DNA of 62,499 nt, counting the filler, from Psammoneis japonica (lineage: Eukaryota), in assembly GCA_008632985.1 (NCBI GenBank). It is 6 parts of 6 records of this genome, joined end to end, with 100 filler letters (N's around TTAATTAATTAA, not from the genome) between each part and the next. Parts side by side here need not be neighbours in the genome. Positions count along the whole stretch, not along the records: positions 10,976 to 21,609 come from QPGO01000526.1; positions 21,710 to 32,225 come from QPGO01000525.1; 4 more parts are not named here. One strand, written 5' to 3'. Under the pieces are notes generated by a model. That model made no database searches. It had not been told where the DNA came from and saw only the letters and a list, made by a program, of their open reading frames with translations. Below are positions 10,976 through 23,563 of this stretch, one piece after another; position 1 is the first letter of the stretch, and each line of letters opens with the position of its first letter. A program made the translations under genes and the position numbers.

Positions 10976-13900
10976 GCAGTGAAATCAGTGCTTTGCTCAG
11001 AGGCTCCAAAGAAAGCAGAGCCAGGTGCGCGCCTGTGGTCAGACTGTGCTTCAAGAATTTTTTTAGCCACCATTGCCTGCTGGTGCTTTTTGTGATCTTG
11101 CTGCACTTTTTCCTTGAAGAGCAAATGATGAGACTGGGTGGGACCTTGGCAAGGGAGCATTGAGGTGCAATCCAATGAGAGCACAAATGTGTCAAAATGA
11201 TCTGCAAAGACCAACCAAGCATCCTGTCAGCACAAAATCACAAGCAGTGTTATAAAAAAAACAAGACATGCCAAAAGGTTGTGCCTGCTTCTTGTGAAGT
11301 GCCTCCACAGCAGCTCTGAACAAACCAGCTGCTTGTGTTCAGATTGCTCACAAGTGAAACAAAAACAGCAGGACAAGTCACATGCCAGCCAGTCAGAACC
11401 TGCTTGCCTCCAATGTCAATGCCCTGGCTGTGTCACTGCTTTTGTCATGCTGTTCTTGTTGACTCCATTGCAGAAAAGATGTGTCAGGAATGGACACGCT
11501 TGAGCAGTGGTGGTGGCAGAGAGCATTGAGACCAACACCCCCCTGAGACAATGATTGAAGACAGTGCTTGCGATGCAAAGCTGTTGGGATGGCACAGCAC
11601 AAACATTTTGACAGCCACTCATCTTGCATCCCAGAGCACTCTGTCTTTCACACAACCAAGACTCTGTCTGAGAAACTGTGCGACACTCACATTGTCTGCA
11701 ACCATCCAACAAACTGCCATTCCTCCGTGTGCATCTCTTGCAAATGCTTTGCTGAAGCCAAGAAAAAGGCCAAGACTCAACTCTTCATTGCTTGATCCAC
11801 TGAAAGCACTGAAAGTCTGGCTCACATGCAGAGCAAGTGGACAAGCCCCCTGGGCTGGGCAGCAGGTTGACACTGGATTTTCACACAAATCTCAACAATG
11901 AGCATGGTGGAAGAATGTGATCCACAGGGAAAGGAGCTGTTTCAGCTCTTGCTGTGCCAATGCAGGTGTGAAACCATGTGTTTTGCAGAAATGGCTGTCA
12001 ATTTTGGGGCCAATGCTGCCACTGCACTGGGTCACTCAAGAAGTTTCTTGATGTGCGCCAGTCTAAATGGACCAGACTCTGTGACAAAAGACACCTCTCT
12101 CTGTTTCAAAAACAAAGGATCCCATTGCAGAATTTTGACTTTGCACTAGTTGGCAAAAGATTGCCAAGATCATTGAGGAGATGAAGCTGCCAAATGCAAT
12201 GGCAAAACTCTGGGCCACCCAACATTCAGTGGGTTTGAGGATGATCCAATGGTGAGAAGGGCCCTCAGCTCTCCCTTGCAGCTCTCCTTTTGGGACATGA
12301 CATGTGTTCACACAAGGAGTTGGCAGATGCAGTCAAAAAAGCAGGGGGTTTGCTTGCAAGGAACTTGCAGAAGACTGGGAAAGAGCTGCACACTGCACAA
12401 AGCTCTTCAAGAAGACTTTTTGGGTGTGGAAGGAGCAGCCTTCAATTCCAGCAATGTGGCGCCATGCCTGACAAAGGGCTTTTGCACTAAAAATGATTGA
12501 TGATGGGTGCCAAAAGTGCTCAAGTGAGTCTTCCATTTCTCACTTTACCACATCAAAGACGAGAGTCATTGCAGGAACCAGAAATTAATTGTGGCATGTG
12601 AAGGGTCCTCAGGACATGCTCAGGACATGACAGTTGCAATTTTCAGGGGGCAGAGCATGCACAGATGCATGCTGTGTGCAACAGCAAGCTGTTTCTGAAT
12701 TGTTGTGTTGACAACAAGGAGGAGCTGTCCAATGGAGCAGAGCACAGGCTGCACACCTGAACTGCTTCAGAGGCACCACATTTGGTGCTGGTGAAAGCAG
12801 TGGAGGAAAAGGAGCCAGCAACCTTGATGAACAGGAAATGCACAACAACAACATTGCAGTGAAAGACAACCCAGCCTGTGCTGGGGGAGGGGTGAGGGGG
12901 GCATCACACCTTGAAGCATTGTTGCTCCACAAGGATGCCAAGGCTGGTTTGTTTCTTGATTTTAAGGATGAAGTCAAAGGGTCAGCACATCCTCTGTTGC
13001 CAACACCCACACCTTCATGCTTCTGAGCCTCAGCTTGTTTGATTAAAAACTGTCAATGTGGGCAAGCTGGTGGAGCTCATTGCAGATGAAGACACACTGC
13101 TTGCTTTCCACAACTGTCCATTGATGCTCTGACATCTCTGGCTAAACTCAAAATGCAAAAGTCAGGGGAGAAGCTTTGGCTGCACAAGCACACTCTTCCA
13201 CAAAGTGCAATGGTCATGGCTGAAAAAGCCAGAGTTCTCACATGGATGATTGACTGTGTGTGCAAGAAAGGCACTCAACATGCAACTGACACTGGCACTC
13301 CCAACATTTTGCTTGTTGGTGGAACCATGACTCTTGCTGCTCACAAGGGCATTAAGAATGCAGTCTGATTTTAAGCAACAAAATTCTTGCTTTGATGAAA
13401 TCAATGAAGCAGCGCTGGGGAGCCACAAAATTCACAAAGCTGCTAAGCTGGTTGCAACATCATGTCACTGTCAGACTGAGTGTGTGGGTGAGAGTCTGCT
13501 TTGAATTTGGGAGATGACTGTTTTGCCTCTGTGTGCACTGCTTTGGTCATCATCCAGCCCAGAGAAGCCAGTTTCCATTTCAAATTGGTGGAACAATGTC
13601 ATCTTTTGTCATTGCAAGCCTTCACAGCAGTTGCCTCAAAAAGAGAGAAGACACCAGCAGTCAAACAAGTGGTGTTGGAGACCAACTGGTGCCGATGGAA
13701 GTTGTCCAGAGATGTGACAGAGGATTGTCAGTGGTGTCATGCAGAAACAATGCCAGATCTTGTGCAGGAAAACCAATGGGATCAGCAAACAGTTGGTGAT
13801 CAAATGACACCAAAAAGGATGACTTGTGTTCTTGCTGGAAAGGGACACAGCAACAGAGGCAGCACTTGCACCCCAAAGAGTGAAGGACTTGATTGAACAG

Positions 13901-16330
13901 CAGAGAAAAGAAGCAGCATTCTTAAAGACCAATTGGCAAGGACAGAAGCAGTCCAGAGATGGGACATGCAGATTGTCAGCAGTTTCTGCTGAACCACACA
14001 GAATTTGCACTGGAACCTGTGCAGAAAATTTTGAGATGACAGAAAATCACAAGAAATGACAACCAGCATGCAAACCATGCCAGCAAGGCTTCAACACCCA
14101 TCATTTTCCAGCCACCAAAGAATGTTTTGCATCATGCTGAAACAAGGTTGCACCATTTGCAACTGTGGACGAAAGGGGCTTGTTGGAACCGACAAGACAC
14201 CATCTGAGAAGGGCAACATCAGCACGAGAAGTTGCATGGAAATCCACTCATAATGCGCTGTGGGTGTGCAGAGCTGACATTGAAAAATGGGTGCTCCAGT
14301 GTCCAAAACATTTGTGAGCAATGTTGCTCAATTGATGAAGGCTTCAGGGCAGGTTCTGAGAACTTGACAAAAAAATGAAAGCACCCCTGAATCTTGCCCC
14401 AAGTCCCCCTTTTGGCACTGTCATTCCTGGCATGCCCAAAGGGATGGCGCCACCATGTCACACTCAACAACAGCCTTGTCTTGGTGATCAAAACAACATC
14501 TGTGTCATTTGGCAAAGACTGTTTGAAGGGTCTGCACTCAGAAAAGTGGACAGCAACAGTCAACACTGTGGATGGATGCTCTAGTCAGAACAAGCTTGTG
14601 CATGCGCAATCTCCATGAGCAAATGACCCCACAGTGGATTGCAGCTCCCCAAGTGCCAGTGGGTGCAACACATGGCAGATGCACCTAAAAACGCCATGTT
14701 GCAGCATCTGTCAAGGCAAGGACAGAAATGGACAGCAGCACCTTGCTTTTGTGCCAGAGCTGTCATCAAAAGAGGAGCTTGGTTGCTGCTGATGGGTTCA
14801 GTTGGGCATCAGCAGAAGTGCTGCCAGCTCTTGTTTGTGTCAAGGGTGGGTGCTTGCTGTCATGACCAATCTTTTGAGTTCTGCAGCCAAACACCTGCGT
14901 TCTCCTGCAACTGTGCAACCCATTCCCAAAAAGAAACAGAGAAAGTGCAAACAAAGCCACTTCAATGTTGCTCAAAGGGGATGAAAAAATGCTCCAGAAT
15001 TTTTCACAAAACTCCAAACCAGCCATCTGAAGGAACTTTCATCCAGCTCAAGCAACCAACAACAAAAATTGCACCAAATCCAACTGTTCAAGCATCATGA
15101 TTGCATGGGCCCAGGAAGCACACACAGTGCCAAAAGAGCCCAGGCACTGTGATGAAGAACACCCAGTGGAAACAAAAAAAGGAAATCCAAAGTCAACAAA
15201 GTGGTGGGGTAAAAAGCACATGCCTGTCAAAGGATTTGAAGCACCAAAACCAAATGTGTCTCAGAAAAGGTTTTGCTCACTTCCAGAAACTGATTCTGAA
15301 AGACCATCATGAAATGCTCTGCCATGATGCAGTCAATGCAAGTGTTTCAAAATCTGTCAAACAGCAGCCTGCGCAGCTTTTGTCATTGAACAGCATCTCT
15401 TGTTCATGCACAAATTCTCATTTGGCCATGCAATGGCATGCCAAGAGGACTGAAAGAGGGAGCACATGGCGCAGATTGTAAGATGTTGCAAAAGGTGTCA
15501 AAATGCTGGTTGAAGAAGGGGACGGGGTGCTGTTGTGAGCCACTGACCCGGTGCCCGGTGCTGTGTGCGCGTCATGTGATGATGATGCAAAGTTCCAGAA
15601 GAAGTGGCCGCTGACCAGCAATGTGCAACACATCTGGCACACACACGGGAGACCTGAACACTGGGGATGTGAATCAATCACTGCACAGTGTGTGTTGTGA
15701 CCTTTGCTGGACCAAAGCTGGAGTTGCAGCACAGCTCTGCTCTGCAGCTGGATGTTTTTGGCCTTCATCTCGTCACTGACCATTTTGGCATTGACCAGCA
15801 GACTCAATTTACAAAGATGCTTGAGCCACAAAATTGTTTTGCTGAGAGTGACACACCTTTGCTGGAGGAGAGGGCACATCTGTGAAGCACATTTTGAGCA
15901 CATTTGACAGAGGACATGCTGCTGCCGCTGTTTTGGAAGCAAAAAGCATGAGCAGGAGAGCAGCTGTGTCGCCAACCTGACAGAGGAGTTGACAAGCTTT
16001 CAGGGGTCAAAGTGCATCATTCAGCATGTTGTGTTGCTGCAACAAGATCAGGCAATGAGTGAGCTGTGAAGAAACAGTGCAAGCTGCCCTGGTCGGTTTC
16101 TCCGTCACGGCACACGAGAAACCAGCAGCGGAGCGTTGACTCAGCTGCCAACATCTGGGAGGCACGGACTTTCCGAGTGAACTTCATGTGTGATGCATTT
16201 CAGCAAAGGCTTGCAGTGTGTCATGTCAAAATGGCACACAGATCTGTGCCACAGTTGAGTGGCTTATGTGCCATTGACAAACAATGTTTGAGTGGTTGCC
16301 TGCGCAGTGGCTGCAATGGGGATGGTTAGC
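10976..16330. mobile_element. Heavily decayed, unclassified repeat/transposon-derived DNA depleted of both TpA and CpG
   Basis: About 22 TpA in 5340 bp by manual count; only short Cys/His-rich, Tyr-free ORFs; no family motif recognised. Confidence 0.55.
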
Positions 16331-16699
16331 AAGCGATGTAAAAATCTCTGCAGAAATGAGAATTTGCATCGCCGGCCGGGTGCAAAAATTTTTCTGAAGA
16401 CAGTTTGTTATTGTAAGCTAAAATAATCGCATTTCATCGGTCTTTTGCAAAAAATTCGGCCTCAGCTTCAACCAGAAATTTCAGCAGCGCATCGATGCAA
16501 AAAAAAATTTGGAGTCGCATCGATCCTATCTCCCTGCGCCGCAGTCGTTGACTGCTGATAACAAAGCTCCAGAACCTCATCATATGGCTCATACATCAAA
16601 CTCCACTTCCACTTCTGTTGCTTCTGAAGTTATGCCCAATTCATTGAATACCTGGGAGAATTTGGCGCAAGATCCAGCCGACGACTGGATGCATCGACG

Positions 16700-18420
16700 C
16701 TGATTCAGACATGCTCAAGGTGTGAAAACAAAGTTACCTCCTTAGAATGCTCTCATTCTGTAGATGTTGTTATTGCCATTGATTGTGTCATAATTCCGAG
16801 TCATTGTAAAGCAACGGCTACTTGAGCAAACGCACCATGATTTTGGTGCGGAAACCAGCTGGCTAGAGAGTAGTTGCGAGGAGCCGCAGTTCTAGATCTA
16901 CTCAATGTATGAAAACAAAACTAACATCATTAGAAACCTCTCGTTCTGTAGATGATTTATTGCTATTGATTGTGTCATAATTCCAAGTAGTTCTAAAGCA
17001 ATGCACACTAGAGCAAAACGCACTGGGATTTGGGCGCGCAAATGCGGGGTTGGCATGATGTCTGGATGACAACACGGATCTGCTAGATGTATGGAAATAA
17101 AAGTATCATCATTAGAAAGCTTTCATTCTGTAGATGATGTTATTGCCATTGATTGTGTCATAAATCCGAGTTATTCTAAAGCAACGCCCACCTGAGCAAA
17201 ACGCACTACGATTTTGGCGCGGAAACCAGCTAGCCACAGCAGTTGCGGGTAGCCGCAGATCTGGATCTACTCAAGGTATGAAAACAAAACTAACACCATT
17301 AGAAAGCTCTCAATCTGTAGATGATGTTATTGCCATTGATTGTGTCATAAATCCGAGTTATACTAAAGCAACGCCTGCCTGAGCAAAATGCACTCATGTG
17401 ATTTGGGCGCGGAAACCAGCTAGCTAGCAGTTGCGGGTAGCCACAGATCTGGATCTACTCAAGGTATGAAAACAAAAATAACACCATTAGAAAGCTTTCG
17501 TTCTGTAGATGATGTTATTGCTATTGATTGTGTCATAAATCCGAGTCACACTAAAGCAACGCCTACTTGAGCAAAACGCATTGGGATTTTGGCGCGCAAG
17601 GGCATGTGCGGGTTACGGGTAGCCGCAGATCTGGATCTACTCAAGGTATGAAAACAAAACTAACACCATTAGAAAGCTCTCAATCTGTAGATGATGTTAT
17701 TGCTATTGATTGTGTCATAAATCCGAGTTATACTAAAGCAACGCCTGCCTGAGCAAAATGCACTCATGTGATTTGGGCGCGGAAACCAGCTAGCTAGCAG
17801 TTGCGGGTAGCCACAGATCTGGATCTACTCAAGGTATGAAAACAAAAACAACACCATTAGAAAGCTTTCGTTCTGTAGATGATGTTATTGCGTTGATTGT
17901 GTCATAATTCTGAGTTGTTCTAAAGCAACGCCTACTTGAGCAAAACGCATTGTGGGATTTGGGCGTGCAAGGGCATGTGCGGGGTTACGGGCAGCCGCAG
18001 ATCTGGATCTATTCAAGGCATGAAAACAAAACTAACACCATTAAAAAGCTCTTGTTCTGTAGATGATGTTATTGCCATTGATTGTGTCATAATTCCAAGT
18101 TGTTCTAAAGCAACGCCTGTTTGAGCAAAACCCATTGGGATTTGGGCGCACAGTCGCAAGTGGGGGGTTACGGGCATCCTCAGATCTGGATCTACTCAAG
18201 GCATGAAAACAAAACTAACACCATTAGAAAGCTCTTGATCTCTAGAGGATGTTATTGCCATTGATTGTGTCATAATTCCAAGTTGTTCTAAAGCAACGCC
18301 TGTTTGAGCAAAACCCATTGGGATTTGGGCGCAAGGTCGCAAGTGGGGGGTTGCAGGTAGCCGCGGATCTGGATCTACTCAAGGTATGAAAACAAAAGTA
18401 ATGTCACTAGAAAGCCCTAA
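16700..18420. repeat. Satellite-like tandem array, about 9.5 units of 182-188 bp
   Basis: Anchor ctggatcta(c/t)tcaagg(t/c)atgaaaacaaaa at 17261, 17449, 17631, 17819, 18003, 18186 and 18369, with diverged copies near 16705, 16892 and 17074. Confidence 0.97.
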
Positions 18421-19146
18421 TTCCGCTTAATGAATCTACACTGCAAATATCACCAACAAACGCAAAAACGAATTCATTCGGCATCACGCTATTTGCTGCA
18501 AAATAACACCCAAGCAAAAGGGATGAGAATGACAAGAACATGGCAGGACACAACAACACTTTCACAGCATTCAATCAAGCATACAAGAATACATCATATT
18601 GCAGGTTTGTACCTTATGCAATGGAGTATATCCAAAACTGTATTGGCACGACACGTGCAGCAACACGTCCGTGTTGTTTGTTGTGCTTCATGCCGCATCC
18701 CGCATCGAAGGTCGGAGGAGCGATCTACACGATTTTTGTACGTGGTCGTCGTACTGGAGATTTGTCTTTTTCAGCTGGAAAATTGCAGCGGCGTTGACGC
18801 TGCCACGCTTGCTAACACGTGGCTGCAACATAAATTTTCGCATCATCGCGCGCCGGCCGGCTGCGGAAAATTTCAACAAAAGGAATTTCTGCAGAGCGCT
18901 GCTAACCATCTCTAATGTCGCAGGGTGCGATTGCGGTAACGCGCAGTGTGACCTCCACTTCCTTCTACAGTACCGGTACACACACGAGGATCACTTAACA
19001 CTTGCGTAGCGCATGCAAGGTCACTCTATTATCTAGAGACCTGGACCACCGCGGCCATCATATCGGTACTTTGAATGTGTTGCCGCATGCGCCGGTACCT
19101 TGATCATTCAGCTGTTGTTGATTAGCAGAATACAACCCCTATCGAG

Positions 19147-20487
19147 ATGGCGAATGACGGAATAGTAGTAGGAGTGATTGCAGGCCCGACTTGGGGAGAG
19201 CAAAGGATGCAGAACCATGACAGTGATTCGGGTGGGAGCAGACAACAATGGGTTGCATGCCCTTCCATGATCTTGTTCGTTGTTGGTTTCTTCCTTGCTT
19301 ATTTAAGCTTCATCGTTGGGGCTCTCTTTCTTGCTTTGGGAATTTTACGGAATAGAGCTTTTGTTTTATAATGCGCAATGGCAAGAACACCTTTCGGAAT
19401 ACGCTGACAAATTGGAGACGGCGCAAGGGAAAATTGTCGCCCGCAGTAGTACCANAGGACCCACGCACCGACGCTATGAGCTATAGCGTCATTATTGAAT
19501 ATTGCTACGACGCATCCAAGGCCAACAGGAAGATGCCGTTTCAGTAATTCACAAACGTTTGACGTCTTGTCTGTCGCTGCAGCCGACCTTTATGCCTGCT
19601 CGTCGCCAGAGATTGAGATAAAGGTTTCTCCGAACTTACCAGAATCTGGTATTCCACCGATTCTGCTACATCGCAAGCTAGGCGATTTGAAACGCCGGGA
19701 TATTTACCTTTTAAAAGCATTTGCGCTTGCCGGAATCCCAATATATCTATTTTTGGCATACGTTTATGGAAGGCTGATTGGCGCTGTTGTCATCATTGTG
19801 GATCTCGCAGCGTTGGCTGCGTTCCTCATGTTGCCGTATGCACTTATCTTATGCAAAAGCAATCAGCAACAGCGTCTGGAGCTCTTGCAAGTGGACATGT
19901 GCAAAGTTGTGACGCGAATGGATCGCTTTCGGAGCATGTGGGAAAAGCTCGGCCCCACCCCCGGCCGCAAATTCAGCATGGCCCTCTTTCCCGTAGGGGC
20001 ATTCTTTGTCATGGTGCAAGGTGCAATCTTTGGTGGCTTTATGGGTCTCTTGGGGCTGCCCATGCTGATTTTTTCAATTGCTGCCTTTGTTGTATTGTGG
20101 CGTTACCCCCTATCAAGAGAAGAGCGCAACAAACTGAGTTATCAGGCCTCGGTGTCATTTTTGATCGGATCCGTACTTGTCGGCATTTACTTTGTGTTTG
20201 GCTATCTATTGTACACAGACGGAGAAAAGGGTGCCGGTTCCGTATCTACTGTTTTCTTATCGGCCATAGTTTTACCAATACCGGCTCCACAATTCTACGT
20301 CTGGGTGGAACGACTACTCCGAGAGTACAAGTCAGTGTTGGTTGCAGATTCTGAAGAAGAACTACACGTGGGAGCTTGGACTGAAGACTCGCTCGGAACA
20401 ACGCCAAGAAGTAGCTCGACAAACGCTCATATTGAGAATTTAAAATCCAAAGAGAGCATTGAACTACAATCCATCTCTCGAGAATGA
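19147..20487 (+). CDS. Hypothetical multi-pass membrane protein; 5' part broken by frameshifts and an N
   Basis: ORF 19495-20487 has about 6 hydrophobic helices and normal Tyr/TpA content; ORF 19147-19371 supplies an ATG and hydrophobic segments. Confidence 0.6.
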
Positions 20488-20879
20488 TTTGCGAGTCAAG
20501 CTAACCCGTACCGGTACTATACCAGAGAGAGAGAGATTCAAAAAGATATTCTGCCCTCTGCTCATTGTCGCGCTTCAACAATTGACAAAGTCGGTTGCAG
20601 ATAGTCATAATCTGCTTGCAATAGCACGCTGCATTGAAACGGTAAGTCCATAATACAACGGAAGGCAATTGCTAAATGCTCACTTATTTGTTTTTTTCCT
20701 TCCCGTTTTATGTATTAGTATTGCAAAATGACAGTCGATATACGATTTGTCCAAGCCGACTTCGTATGTTAACTTGCACTGCTAACGACTTACCTGTTTC
20801 AGTAACTTCCCCGTCACTACAATCGATGAAGATCCAATTCTGACAAAGCTCATCGCATCCTAAAGTTCCATGATTCTTT

Positions 20880-21609
20880 CTACCACCTCCTGGGCTTACA
20901 AGTAGTGACGGCTCCTGCAGAGAAACCAGACTTGGTCGACAAGCCCAGGACAATCCTGCCAGAGATTGGGTCGCGGGCAAATCTTGCTTGCACTCCAAAT
21001 GTCACTTCGAGGTCTGCCCATGAAGACGCCGCAGCCCTTGAAATGGCCATGGCGACCTCGCCGGAAGATGCTTTTGCGTGTGAGTGTGCATCCTTGCAAA
21101 GGTCACCCGAATTCCAGGAGCAAAACTTGGGATGATTCCTACGGCAATACCAACTGTGCCACTCCATGCAGCTACTAACCCAATCTTTATCAATCGCGAT
21201 GGTGGTCACATTGGCGTAAGCATCGGCAATAGTTTCGGCTCGACTGAAGTTTGACGCCCCTTCAAGCACTACAGCTTTGACGCTGTCGACGCTCAAGCCC
21301 CTGGACTCGACATCTAAATAATGATTCCATGTGCTGTTAAGTGCCCTGGTAAAACTTGAAGCGTTGGAAGCAGCGTATGCAGTGCCGTATGCATCCACTT
21401 CACCGTCGGCACAGATAACCCTGTGAAGCGGATGTCTGGGACTGAATGTTCTGCACATCTCCTTTGGATCCGTCGAAGCACCAGCTGTCCCTTTTATATA
21501 GGGAGGAAAAAAATCGACGAAAGATCGGCTGTATGCCACAGACAGCTGACACTGTCGTAGACGCCCTCTGAACTGGACTTGTTGGCTTCGTCCGATCTGT
21601 CGTTGTTTG
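20880..21609 (-). CDS. Hypothetical protein, 5' truncated at the contig end
   Basis: 219-aa open frame with normal composition running towards the contig end; no recognised domain. Confidence 0.5.
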
Positions 21610-21709
21610 NNNNNNNNNNNNNNNNNNNNNNNNNNNNNNNNNNNNNNNNNNNNTTAATTAATTAANNNNNNNNNNNNNNNNNNNNNNNNNNNNNNNNNNN
21701 NNNNNNNNN
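21610..21709. other. Artificial contig linker
   Basis: N44-TTAATTAATTAA-N44. Confidence 0.98.
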
Positions 21710-22719
21710 ATCTACTTAATCTTTTTCTCCTTACCTGAAAGCTACTTATTTGTAAGAAAACGAGCTCCCAGTGCAAGAAAATCATGGTGGTCATGCGCGC
21801 TGTCGCGCGAGTAAGACCCCATGCAGAACAGGTTGTTCGTGCTTTTCTGCATTCTTCGGAGCGACGTGCAGACTATACTGAGATTACCCGTAGAAAGCCA
21901 GTAGAAACAAGTAAAAAATCTACTTCATTTTTCTCGTAAAAGGGCCAAAATTTACTTTACTTACCCGACATGATGTCAGTTTTTGAGTTTTTCGTGGCAC
22001 TTGTCCAAACATCCAATCTGCAACGTCGTCGTCTCGATGTGTCACGGATGCGTCCCTCCGAGAGATTGGCCCAACACCTCATCCCCAACAAATTGTCCAT
22101 GGCCCACGAATGACTGAAAGATCTGACAACATGTTGTCCAAAACAAGAGCACATTTTTTGGAAACATGGCGGGAAAGCATTGTGAGAAAATTTGAATGGA
22201 AAGAATCACAGACAGCACTCAGAAAAGCATGAGAACATTGGAGCTTGTCATTTGGGCTCGCGTGTGGCAGAATGCAGTGCATGCTCATGCAACGGCTTCA
22301 TAAAACACGGCAAATGCCAGGACGTCCTCCTTCTTTTTCCCCTCTAAACTCATCACAAATTGCAAAAAGTCCTCACCCTCCTCCTGGCTTTTGCCTGTGC
22401 TGAGACAGACAAAGTTTGCCGTCTCGTGAGCATTTGTCATGATGTGGGGCTCCAGAGATCAGAGATGCTCTTGTGTTTTGTGCAGAGGTGTGACAGTGGC
22501 AGGTTTGCCTTTTTGCTGATTGCCAGGTTCTTCGTCTGCTGATTTGCAGTTGGTCTTTCTCTGGCTGGCAATCGACTCGCATTTGTGCCAGTGCTTGCGC
22601 GCCAAATGTCTTCTTAGTTTCCACGTCCGCTTTGCTGATGACTCTGGTGCTGTGCCACAATTTTCTGTTTTGGCTGCTGCTTGGAAACTGCCCAATCCCA
22701 GTCCAGCAAATCCAGCCCA

Positions 22720-22930
22720 GCCGATCCAAGTCTGGTGGCGGTGGCCGCAGCATGGCTGTCAGGTCACAGTCAAAATCCGGTGGCAGCGGCGGAGGAGGAA
22801 GCAAGAGCAAACCCGGCGGTGGTGGAGGAGGAGGCAGCAAGAGCAAATCCGGAGGCAGCAGCAGAGGAGGAGGAAGCAAGAGCAAATCCGGAGGCGGCGG
22901 AGGAGGAGGAGGAAGCAAGAGCAAGTCCGC
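22720..22930 (+). repeat. 36-39 bp minisatellite reading SKSKSGGGGGGG, inside a TpA-depleted block (about 21965-23215)
   Basis: Repeated gcaagagcaaa(t/c)ccgg(a/c)ggc...ggaggaggaa. Confidence 0.85.
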
Positions 22931-23563
22931 GAGGCTGTCACCTTGAGCGACAGCTGGGTTTCCTTTGCTGTGGCGGGCCTTGTTTCAGCATAAATTGTTG
23001 TTTTGTTTTCACTGACATTGTTGCTTTGGTCTGTTTCTTTTTTGCAGGAAGAGTGAGCCACACTTGTGTGGCAGCCAGGCTTTGGTCAAGTGTTGCAACA
23101 AGAAGGGCGGTGGTTGGAGCAGCACCTCAGCTGGTGCACTGGACACACAGGTTGCAAATGCATGTGGAAATGGCAACTTTTAGATGTTTGGGTGTCATTG
23201 TTTTCTTTCTTGACCATAGCTAGGTCATCGCATGGGCACTGATGACAGGAAGCAAGGAGGGCGGGATAGTCTCTAGAGTAGAGTGGACTCAGAGTGGAGG
23301 GGTCGCAGTCAGAGCATTCAACATGAGAAACAACCGGCTGACCGGCCGATGGATGGACAGTTTTTGGGCGTACCGGTATTGTAGTAGGCAGGCGGCGGGC
23401 CGCGGCATGCAACAATGCACGCACGATAGATTTCACATTTCACAGAAGCGCCACACGCAATGGCGAATTTTGGCCGTCGCCACCGTAGCCGCAGCGGACT
23501 CGTTTCGGGAACTTCAATCACTCGACTCAATACTATTCTTCTATTCTTTAACAAAGATCCCCA

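Noticed and set aside
10976..16330. Alternative genetic code or a foreign (viral or contaminant) genome as the cause of TpA avoidance
   Set aside because: The depletion is frame-independent, affects non-coding repeats, is contiguous with normal diatom genes on the same contigs, and varies between duplicate copies.
10976..16330. Classical fungal RIP
   Set aside because: RIP converts CpA to TpA and enriches TpA; here TpA is lost and CpA/TpG are abundant.
16700..18420. 185-bp array as a tandem snRNA, 5S or tRNA gene cluster, or a CRISPR-like array
   Set aside because: I recognised no U1, U2, 5S or tRNA motif on either strand, and the variable segments fall into two related types rather than unique spacers. 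An Rfam search was not possible.
22373..23223. Pro-rich, Arg-rich and Glu/Ala-rich ORFs over the minisatellite
   Set aside because: These are alternative-frame readings of one GGA-rich repeat in a TpA-depleted block; there is no independent support for any of them as a live gene.
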